Made by a program: the position numbers and the translations under genes. Of a stretch of DNA of 64,000 bases, positions 52,705 to 64,000 are shown piece after piece. The notes under the pieces were generated by a model. That model did not search any database, had not been told where the DNA came from, and saw only the letters and a list, made by a program, of their open reading frames with translations. Location of the stretch: NCBI GenBank assembly GCA_965285935.1, contig OZ260661.1, forward strand, positions 85,746,001 through 85,810,000, read 5' to 3'. Positions within the stretch are counted from its first letter, which is position 1. Each line of letters starts with the position of its first letter. This DNA comes from Ophelia neglecta. Its lineage: Eukaryota.

Positions 52705-55700
52705 AGCTGGCCCCTCCATTCTATACACTGACACCTTATTCACACCAAATGCACACTGCTACAAGGACAATTCACACAAATGCACCTGCACATAGTCCCC
52801 TCTGATCTGATGCAATGAGAACCAATGCCAGTCTCTCATAAATCTGACTTTCTATATGTCAGGCCCATTTCTTGGCTTCCCAGGGTTAGATAAACATGAA
52901 TATTTCACCTTAGCTTGGGGATTTGCAGTGGACAAAAAGTAGGAACAAGGTCTGTGATCTCGGCTGAGAGTGGATTCAAAGTTGGAGAAAAAGCCATTTA
53001 TAGTACAGAGTGCACAGACAAAATTCACAATGGCTCCTTAGGGCGCAATTCACACAATTACACTCGAGGAATAAATTTTGAAGTTGGGATGAAAATATAG
53101 ATTTTTTGGGGCATTTGGAAGCTACTGTGCACAGACTGGTAGCTGATAGTTGTTTCCTTGGTGGCTAATGACCACTTGTTGTGTTGAAAGCAAGAGCTTA
53201 AACAACACACTATTTGTCCTAATCACTAGTAGTATGTCTGTACCTAGAGGGAAGGAGGGTAGGAAGGCACTCTCCATGTATGTTGATTGATTCCTTTAAT
53301 AAGACACTGTCATGGATTTAAAGTGCCAGGTGCTTCACATCTATCACACACCTTACTTTGATCCATATGTTTCAGGAACTGAAAACTTCCAAAAGTATTG
53401 CTAAAAGATAACATTAAATATGTCATAGAAGTTAATACATTAATCAATTATTATGACATGCTATACAATATATATGCCTATAAGCAAACAGTACACTCAT
53501 GAAAAAGTAGACTTTATTTTGATGGATATAAAATTCAGGAACAACTTCATTCTTAGGGAACTTGTTTTATTTTTAGTTTGAGTCTTACATGTCTTTATGC
53601 TACAGGCAGATTGTTCTTCAAACACATATCAGAGATCAGAATGTCTCACTCCATAGCCACAACTACATTTTATTGAAAGATATGTCCCAGGATGCAATAA
53701 AAAAAAGAATCTACTAATTATAACAGAAGAAAGTTGTTTTCACCAGTTTGAATTTAGCTCCTTCCCAGCATTTCTTAGCATAAGCAATGATAAAGCACCC
53801 TGGGATGTAACAATCATGTTGGAAGAAACCTACATGTCTAAATCATACATTATCCAGGATTTTATTTTCTGAAGGTACAACATTTCTCTTGTAATCAATC
53901 TAACTGGCCTGGCCCTCTGTAAATTGGTTTTAACTTCAATTTATAAGATAGTGGAGCCATTCATTTTGGGTTTTTAGAAACATGTACTTTGTGTGGCCTT
54001 CAACAACACTGTATATAACTTATTCTATTTGTAAGGTTTGTCTTAATTCCACGGAACAGTAGGCTCTTCATCAATGAAAGACTATGTAAAACAGGCAATT
54101 CACTAGAGAAATGATGTAGCCCAGGACATCCTTTACAGACTAGATATAAAGAGCCGGTAGCATCTCTGTTCTCAATCTTTTTCTTTAAAAAGGTCACCAG
54201 CTGGTATCTTTGGAAAGTTCGCCAGATGCAGGTTTGTCGTATTTGCAAATTGGAGATCAGCAGGAGGAGACAGTTCCTTTGTTGTTATGCAAGGATAAGG
54301 AGGAAAGCATCTAGGATGCAAGCCTTAATCAGACAGCCCCAGCACAGGACAAAATACACAGCAATCTATATCACAGAATTACAAATCATGTACTAATTAC
54401 TCCAAGGACTGCCACGAATTGACTGAAATCGGCAGTGCCTTACCTTGGGGACCTGCGACAGTGGAGACGGCCTTTAATTTGTCAAGAGGTCTTGAATTGC
54501 CTATTGGTTTCTGGTTCCCTGCTTCACTTCACTGCAATGACTACAGTGGCTTCCAATTTGTTCTCGGTACCAGCTATGAAAAACTTGTGACCAAGCCTCT
54601 AGGAAACTGGAGTTTGGTGAAAGAAGAACATGATCAAGTTGCATGATGGGGTATCACTTTACGAACAAAACCTTCCTGGTGGTCATTGACAGGACCTGTA
54701 CATGGCTAGGTCAAAACAGCTGGGACATTTGAATTGTCATCTGTGGTCCTAATCAAATTAAATAAAAGTCTAGAGTGAAGGGACAAATGATGACACTGTG
54801 CCTTAATATGTAAGGCATACAGCATCCATAGTAAATTACCACTGAACCCTTCAAAGAATACATGGCATGACTAGCATTAGAATGGCATAAATACAATTAA
54901 TATTTCAATGCTTTTTGTTGAAATATAAAGACAGTTATTACAAAACACTGACTAAAACATAATGCTAAATAGAAGATAATGACAAAACATCTATATCTTT
55001 ATAATGTGGAATACAACATAGGCACAGCCACTGAAGTCACTTTCTCCAAAGAAATATTACGTAAAAGTGACAGCCTACCCATCATCTGAAGGACAAGATC
55101 TCCTTGAAGGAACTTTTATTGCAGAATTTCTGAAAAAGGTACCAGAGTATCAGCATAGCTGTCTGAAATCCACTGAACTAGAACAAACATACATATTATA
55201 CACGTAAGGAAAGTAGTGAAGGGTTGCTTTACAGTGATAATGTCTTCAAGATTAATGGCATCTCAGCGAGTATGGCTCTGCCCTGTCTGTTATTGGTATA
55301 CAGGGATCATTTGGCCTCCAGGTACAAGCGCTTGGATCTTCCGCAAAGATTGGACACAGATTTTCAAATTCCATCAAGGCAGATTGAAGGATTAGAAAGG
55401 TTTCAAAACAAAATAAATCTTCTTGCTCAGTGTTTATTTTTTATGTGATAGATGGACTACCAGCCACAATGTGACACTATCAATAATTGCCAGGGATTAT
55501 GGGATACCAGGCTGCAGGGCAGAGGAATTAGTGCCGGCTCAGGCCACTTCTAATTAAGGCTATCATGAAGAAAAATGTGATTTAATGGAGTTGTGGTGAT
55601 AATTAGAAACAATTAATCAGAACACCTCAGCCTGGCCTAGGTAGAACAGGTGAAAAGATGCCTCAGTGTGTCTGATCTGATTTCACTGCCCACTTCTCTG

Positions 55701-58700
55701 TGATCAATTGAATGTGAAGGGCACATCTACACAGGCACAAAGTAAATTACCAGAGCAAGCCTGAAAACCCCAAATCTTGTCCAACCCCAGAGTTAATGTC
55801 GGAAAAATACTTTGGTTATCTAAATTTTTTTATAATGTTCCAAAGAAGATAATTTTACTATTTAAATAACATAAAATGGGTTATTCCAGGCAGAAAAGTA
55901 CTTTCTTTGTTCACATTCAATGCTAGGGTTGTGTTCTAAAATCCCTTTCCTCAGCAGAGAGACACTTTCCATTACATTTAAATGCATGGACACACTGTTT
56001 TTAAAAAACAGGCAAGTTGGTCCTTTTCGGAGGCCACAATTGATCTTACAATCAGAGTAATTTAAGGCTAGAGGCTCTGGGAGTGTTGATTACCACATGA
56101 CCAGTGCTAGGAGTGCCACAAGCAACCCCCTTCCAATCAGGGTAATGGTGGGGCTAATCAACCCTATCGCCAATCAACAGAGCGATGACCAGAATAACTT
56201 AGTCTCCCAGTCACAAAATACTAACACTCATTTTTGTTTAACCAGTATACCAGATGCCATTTTCCTGTTTTAATACAGGACTGCTACACCTCCTGATTTG
56301 GAGGTGTCCTGCAATCCACTCAGCAGCTAATTTTATTATATTAAGTGTGATGAAGTCTATATAGTTCATCTAAATCACACTCTGTTAAATTGCAAAATGC
56401 AACGTACATACATATAAAGCATTATTCAAAGCATTGTCTTCTCCAATTCTGATGGGACATTATTTTCCTAACAAATGTCCATACCATATCTTGTGACAAT
56501 CTCCTACAGAGCAGCCGGCTAAACCTGGATGCTTCTTTCAAGTCAATTAATAATTTGGGTTCTTTTCATCTAACCTGCATCATAATTAATACACTGAGTA
56601 TCACTGTCCAGTTGTCTATCTCAAAATCTTTTTGAGTAAGAAGTAGGGGCAGTCAATGACAAAAAGAGCTAAGAGTTTGATCTTCCCTCCATCCATCACT
56701 TATGGTGATTATCTGCTGGGTGTCAGAATAAACAACATGACAAAATACACAAATTCATAAACACCTTCAAATAGGGCCGAGATGTGTTTTTGGTGGCTGA
56801 GCTCTGATCACCTGCTACAGATCCCATTAGGTTAGTGAGCTGGGCCCCCAGTCATGGAGGTGGCAATCCACCAGAGCTCTGTGGGAAATGGAAACCATCT
56901 ATATGTGGTTAAGACTCTTCTCGGTGCTGCCCAACATCTGAAACATTGGCAATCTCCAAAAAATGTTTCAACTGGTAAAAACAGATTGGTCTGATACAAT
57001 AGACAGTTTTAAAGAGATAAGTCAAAGTGAACAGAAAGCTGTCGCTAAGGCTACACACCATTTAAAGGGAAGTAATCAATTGTCTACTTGCTGACCAATA
57101 AACTGAACTAATCAATAGCCATGCCAACATAACTACATCAGCCATCAATTTCCCCTTCTATTATTGTTTATAGATAATTATGATAATTCTCATCTGTTTC
57201 CCTGGGGCAGGTGATGCTACCTGAATAGAAATGAGCACATTTGGAGTATCTACAAGAGTTTTGACTCCATAATCAAGACCCCATGACTGTATCAAACCTT
57301 ATTTATCAATAGTCAGTTATCCATCAGTGACCACAATGATTTTGATGGTATTTTTACAGCATTGATTAGGAAAAAAAGTAAAGAAAATCTTAATGCTGCT
57401 TTATACTGAACACCTAGCCAAATATTATTAATATTGTTTCCCTTCTAGGTCTCGAAAAATAGATCATCATCCTGTTACAGATTGAATAGGATTTAGGCCA
57501 ATTTAATTTTCATCAGACATGGTGAAGCCATTGCAATCAGTGTTATTTTCTTGAAGGGTTTCTTTTGAAAGAGGATTTCCCAGACCATAACACATATACC
57601 AAGGCAGATTTGGGTCACTCTAAGCAACTGTACAGAAGGATGGCACTATGGCAAACTCTTCTGATAACTTATCTGAGATCTGCAATTGGTAGAATATATC
57701 TTATAAGTTTATGATGCTTTAAATGGTGTGTAATTCAATCCAGCCATAGATTTTTGTTAAATACATGTTCATTCCCTTTTACCTTTAATTTGAAAGCATC
57801 AATTAATAAACACCTTCATTTTCCCCGACCTACCAGTTTTCTACTCATCAAGTTGCCATCTGGCCAACCTGAAAATTGTCTTGGGCTTTGATGATGTTGC
57901 AAAGACAGAAGCCATGCTACTTGTATGGTAAACATGTACATTGCGCAGTCTTATTGCCAAAAACCTAGTTGAAAATAGTTCACAAATTATGCAGCATATT
58001 GTAGATTCATGAACTGGGAAAAGGAGTTGCTCTTAATATGAGGCATAATTGAATTTTAAGAGACCTTTTATGATTCTATTAGTAGGCAATTTATTCTGTA
58101 TGGAGCTATCTATATGTAAAGGTGCAATGTAAGGTGTTACAGCGTGATAAATTTCCCAGAGGCCATCCAGATTGAGGGAGGCAACTGTTAGGCTAAACAA
58201 AGACATGGCCTTTTGTGTGTAAAATCACTTTCAGGTGCTGACTTAGACAAGGAAATTCTACCATCTTCAATAGGAATCGCTAGGAAAGAGGATCAATAAA
58301 GACTCCTAAGCTTGTGCATTCCTACCCCCCCCCCCTCCTAAAAACAAAATACTCTGTCTGCATCATACTTAAATGGTGGGAACTCAAAAGATAAAGTTTT
58401 TTCCAAATGTGAATTATATAAACTTGAACAAACCATGCAGTCTCAAAGGCCTCCATGATATTATCAAGTGAGCCCTTTTCCTTCATTGATTTTATTTGCC
58501 AATATTTTGTCTTATTAGCCCCATTTACCAAAAGTCCAGTTCCAGTTGAGCAGCAATTTGCATGAAAATTGATTTGTTTCTCATGCCAGAAGAAATCCAT
58601 TAAGTCCATATTTAGGAGCATTGAGTAGTTTCTGATCAATGACAAGTAATTGCAGATGATAACCCACGAAGAGGAAAATATTTAGAGGACAATGTCGCCA

Positions 58701-61700
58701 AATTATGATATCCTTAAGAAATGCTTGAGGGAAAGTAGTTGTGGGCCACAATTACCCTGGCTCTGACAAATAAGGAGCATACTTTCATTAAACACCACCC
58801 CCCCTTAGAGCTATTTTCTCTCCAAAAAAATTGATCCATCTCTCGGATCCTTGTTGTAATTAAAATTATCAACCAACCATTTTAAAACACTGGAATGTCA
58901 GCAACAGGGATAGGAAATCATAGAGCTTCTGTGCTGTGAAAGATGTGAGCCAACTTGCAAATTTATTGCAATTGTTTAACAATGAATCTCAATAGTGACC
59001 TGCTAAACCAGTTGAGTAATCAACCAATAACCTCAGAGGCAGCTGAGCAAAATGATTATTAGGTCATCGCTCAAATACATTCTGGCAACCAAAGACTTGG
59101 CTCTGACTGGTTAAGGTCACAAAATCAACTTGGTTTACTATGCTCAAGTCTGTATGATTACTCCATCACTGTCATGGCCAGCACTGCTCCATGGTCACTG
59201 ATAGATTCAGTGAATCAAAGACCATAGTCCCAGTCCCATAGAGTCTTCAGCATGTGTGTGACTCAAACTGATGGCCAGCACCATTGGATTGGCAAGTTGC
59301 TGTCTGATTAGTGTATTTCGTCTGCTGGTCGATTGTTAGTGCAGGACACAATTAATGCTTGTCACTGATAATGCCATCAGAGTATTTCCTGTACACAAAT
59401 TTTGTACCAGTCTAAATAAAACCCAAATAGGTCAAATAAGGCTGGGAATCCTGATTAGGGATGGCCTGTTTTATATGGATTCTGCTTTAGTTCCCCTTTT
59501 CCTTATTCCATCAAACTGTCCATCAATAATGCAAATTTCTGAATCCTATTGTTACAAATGGGGTTCTAATGTGCATTTTTTCTTCCGGTCAGCCTGGATG
59601 ATCTATTCAGCTGTTTTGAAGTATCATTTAGATCATGGAGCTCCTCAGAACACAGAATGTCTGCCCAACACTGACCTGATAACTGTGGCATCTTCTCTGA
59701 TTAACGCTATGCTGTCTTTGTTCTTGTGCTTGTTCATTGTTGAGTCCATATATGAGGTAAATTTTACTGAAGTCTAAGAAGTTGATTCTGTAAAAGGAGG
59801 TGCAGTTGTGGATTATAAGGAACAGATTCAAATCAGATCAGAAAAGCCATTAATTAATTGCAATAAGGTAATTGCTGCTAATGTGGACATAGATCATGAT
59901 TGCAAAATATTTTCTTAGGTTAAAAGACAATGGACACTTAAGGTTAAATCAAATGCATGATGCCATTGAATCTAAAGGCTGCCTGACTCTGTTCTGGGAG
60001 TGTTCATGTACCTGTCATGGTGGTTTTGCCCTCCATGGCCCTCAGTGCCCCCGGGGTCAGGGGGTGTCTCCTGGGGTCACAGGCTGGCCACCTGGTCAGC
60101 CTCCCTCCCCAAACACCTTCCTCTAACAGGATTTCCTCTCCTAGCCTTTAATCAAGCATGACCCAGGTCTAACACTAATCATGACCACAAAATGTAATAG
60201 GAAAGTGAATTGGATTTATTACTAGGGGAATTAAGTATTTTGACCATGATTCTTGATTTATAATCGCTCTGCTAATACAGTTAGCCTTAGTAACAAATGC
60301 GAGTAGCATCTGTTTTAGACAGTGCAATATAGCCTCTCAGGAGAGAATGAGTAGAAATCAAGTCATCTGTCCATGCAATGAGTACAGACAATTGTTTTGA
60401 CACTACCTGATTAATGTCTCTATGATGTAGCCAATGTCATCAGTTTCCCCATCTCTGTGCACTGCTGTCAGAACCCTTTGACAGTATAGCTTTAATCACC
60501 GATACTAGATTCAATTAGAAAGAAATCCATTCATTCTATTATGTATTATATTTCAGTTATGTGATAACTTAATGCTAAGCACACAACACGCAAGAGCATT
60601 CAATTGGTATTATTGCAAGTCAATGAAGATCAGGCTAAGTGAGTTTTTACCACTGGGGTGGGCCTTGAAGCTTACATGTCAGCATGCAATAATAAGGATC
60701 TGTTCCCAAATCTGGTCAACCCACCAAATTGCAGCCTTATGGAAAATGTCTTGTTTCTGGTGACCAAAGATCAAATGACAAATGACTCCTGAGAAGAAAT
60801 CATTATGAATTCTTCAAGCATTCCAGCCATCAGTTTAGATTCCTGTTGACTTTATTCCTAGACTTCCCTGCCAGAAAGCATCTTCGTAAAATAGCCTAAG
60901 GCACACGTTAGTCTTAGCATCTTAATAGCACTGCAAAAGTAAATTGTTTCTTTTATTTACTTTAATCTATTAAGATTGCACCTATTCAGCAGAAACTAAT
61001 GTGAACAGCATGTTTATTGAATGATTCATCTAGAAAATATAATGGATGAAACAGAATATAAGCAGGAAGGCAACTCTTGGGAATCAGCAAAATGTGCACA
61101 CTTCTCTCAAACATCTTTCGGTGGCCATTGCGGATGAATTTATCTTCTCCTAAGCTGCTATGTGGCTAAATCTAGTTTTACGCCTGGCTGTCCTGTGTAA
61201 CTTGTCTTCTATTTGAAGAATGACTTGGCTAAATTGATGAATGAGCAAGGCTCTATTGTTTTGTGCTTTTATGGATCAGAGAAATGAAAATGTACTGGTA
61301 AAACTCTGGTATGGTCACAGAGGGAGGGTAGCTTATGAGCTTGCCCAACATCTTATTACTGTGAGGGGTAATTGGAAACTCCAGGTTATGTCCCCTCTGA
61401 CCTCTGAAATTGATTTGTAATGTACCTGTATTATAGCTTGCCAATTTAACTATTTCTGATTGTGTGCAAAATATGACCTAGATAATTTCTCTCCTCCCCA
61501 AAGGAGCTATATATTCCGATTACCAACTTCCAATGGCAATAAATTATAATCATAAACCATGTACAATGGAGCAGCATCAATATTGAAATGTCACTCTAAA
61601 TGTAAGCAAGTTTTTAATTGTATTATGATTAAAATCCGGAATATCTAAATTGAAAGAAAAGGAAAAAGATAGACTATAATGTTGCCTGCAGCTTAACAGT

Positions 61701-62851
61701 ACACACCTGGGCTTTGCTATAAACAATGGACGCTGAATAGAGGACCAACTAATGAGTGATAGTTTATGGAAGGCTGCCATGTTTGACTACTGTAAGAGTT
61801 CAATTAGGCAGGCCTTCTCAATTACAAATGGCACACTCCAAATCAGTTTTATTTACAAAGCATTTGAATATAGCTGGTGTTTCCTCACAGGGTCTTTGAA
61901 CAATTACTCATTTGGAGATGGCTTTTGCTCAACAGCAAGGAAGCAAGTGCCCCTTGTATTTGTACTCTGATTAATTACCCTTCTCTATTTCATTCACACC
62001 CATCAGTGCCTCATCACTTCTTTTATGAAATCTAAATATTCTTCCTCCAAGATGCAGCATTATGATCTTGGCCAACCAAAACTTTGTCTTGGTATTTCAT
62101 TGTTTTCTGTCATCAATATCAGTGGATCAATGGTCACCTCCGCACACAACATTAAGGAAATGACTCTGTCTCTATCTGATTCCATCTGATGCCTGCAAGC
62201 AAACAGGAGCTCAGTCCTCTGGGTTGTTTTAGGAAGGAAACAGAAGAAATATGAATATCATTCATACTGAAAGATCGACTTGTGGCTGGTGTTGACATAA
62301 AGCTCTTTAACAATGGACCAGTGCTTAAAAGAGGAAATTATATTTCTCCAACATTGTTCACCTCTCACTTGGCAATGGTGTGAGCAAACACTTGTCAGTT
62401 GCATTTACCATCTGAGCCTTCTGAAAGCTGCTTCATAATGGATAAGCACCAAATAAGCATGGAATAATTCTTATTTATGACCATTTGAAGGTGGCTGTGC
62501 ATTGCCTAGTTACTAGCCTTTGAAATTAAGCAATTGATAACTTGCACCACCTTTATTTCATAATTAATACTAAGCAATGCATATATTATTAACAAATATA
62601 TAAAGCAGAATTAAAGGCATTAGACACTAGTGCATACTAACAATAACTAAAAGAGTGGCCCAATTCCAAAGCATTTTTTATTGCTTTGTACTGTATATAT
62701 CGGATATCACACATGTACGGCCATGTATGTGCATTACTATTTCAGTTGCTGTGAAGTATTGTTTTTTCCACTAACTAATATTCTTAAAATTAAATTAACA
62801 GTTTATGGAAATACTCTAAAATTGAAAATTAATCCTACTTGTCTATTTCAG

Positions 62852-62941
62852 TCTCTTGATGGGTTTACCTTTGCGCTCTCCAACGACGGTCGCTTCCTTT
62901 ACATATCAGAAACAGTCTCCATCTACCTGGGTCTGTCACAG
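62852..62941 (+). CDS. trh: trachealess/NPAS1-3 PAS-A first exon (90 nt, phase 0-0); gene continues beyond the window
   Basis: Acceptor cttgtctatttcAG ends at 62851; donor CAG|GTAACT at 62942. Translates [30 protein letters not shown], the conserved PAS-A start of Trh/NPAS1/3. No following VE(M/L)TGSS exon was found before 64000. Confidence 0.97.
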
Positions 62942-64000
62942 GTAACTGTTACCTTTATCACTTTACCATAAAGCAATTAAATCATATTGTGTTATTAGGT
63001 GTTTTATGATTCTTTTAAAGAAAATAAATCTTTCCAACAGTGAAAACCATTGTGTGACATAATGCTACAGCATTACGAGACAGGCATAAAATGACACTGT
63101 CAATTTTAAAAATGGGGCTTGAACTAAGAAATGTAACATTTCAGATTGCACTTTATGGAAGAAAAAGTGTCCATAAACAGACAAGTAGGGTGACGAAAAG
63201 CCTGGGTAAAGAGCAGTGTAATGGTGATATCCTATGTTGGCCCCTGTTGCTTGCTGGTTGTTGGCGTGGAGTTACCAGGGGCTAAGTTCATTAGGAATAT
63301 AGGAGAAAATGTGGGGCATGGGAATTAGAATGAGCACCTGGTGGTCACATAACTGCCAAGCTAACTCAGAATATGATAACAAATGGACCCATCTTGAGCA
63401 CCTTGGGGTGTAGCTTTTGCCTCTCATTGCCTTGGCATACTGCTGTCAAACTATTTTTTGTAGCAAGTTTAACCTTTTCAGGTGGTGCATATATCACTAC
63501 AGCCCCAAGCGTGAAACTAGGGAGCAATGGTGAAGCCATTAAGGAAGGAACACTGAGTCAAATGATTAGCATCATGGCCAAAAAAAAACCAAACTCACTT
63601 GAATTAGTTCCTTGAAGGTAGAACAGATTTGGGTGAAGAATGGCAAAGCACACTAAATATGTTTAGCAGTGACATACATGCATGTGTGCAAGTAATACAA
63701 CTTAGAGTTGGAATTTACTGTATGTATATCAACATGTACTTAAATTATCTCAATGAGGCAGTCATTCCTGCTATAGACATGAGGGCCATTTATAAATTTG
63801 TTCTTCAGAAAGCAACAAACCTAGTAATAGAAAAAACTTGGTCTGAGCCAATTTTCAGAAGCCAAACAACTGAACAACAGAATTGGCTTCCTTCTGATCT
63901 CAAGTTGTCATCCCATGCTTCCCATCTTGACATTGCAATTTCACTCAAGAATCTGCAGCTTTCATTATTAGCTAATTTGGCTCTCATTCATTAAAGACAA

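Noticed and set aside
57449-57490. Strong acceptor ttgtttcccttctAG as an extra trh exon
   Set aside because: The phase-0 frame closes at TAG (~57487) with no donor, and the linker and PAS-A exons already join without a gap.

Overview
Eukaryotic (invertebrate bilaterian-like), AT-rich, almost entirely non-coding DNA. The only well-supported gene is the 5' part of a trachealess/NPAS1-3 class bHLH-PAS transcription factor on the + strand. Three exons splice in frame through canonical AG/GT sites: 33068-33306 (bHLH), 44780-44859 (linker, absent from the ORF track) and 62852-62941 (start of PAS-A). The gene continues beyond the window. Several phase-compatible candidate 5' exons lie upstream (30367-30395, 31269-31378, and a 39-nt cassette at 32716-32754). 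The bHLH helix 2 has Cys where class I bHLH-PAS proteins normally have Tyr. The window splits at about 22 kb into a CpG-retaining upstream domain rich in TAGGCCTA and a CpG-depleted domain rich in TACATGTA. Repeats include a 24 x 66-bp minisatellite with higher-order structure, a TIR-bounded array of palindromic 39-bp units, two TA-flanked Tc1/mariner-type MITEs, a 5-bp-TSD MITE and two decayed LINE remnants. There is no CRISPR array, rRNA or convincing tRNA. I cannot support a wholly new multi-gene system. The best leads are the N-terminal exon architecture, the Tyr-to-Cys change and the compartment-specific palindrome switch. All counts were made by eye.
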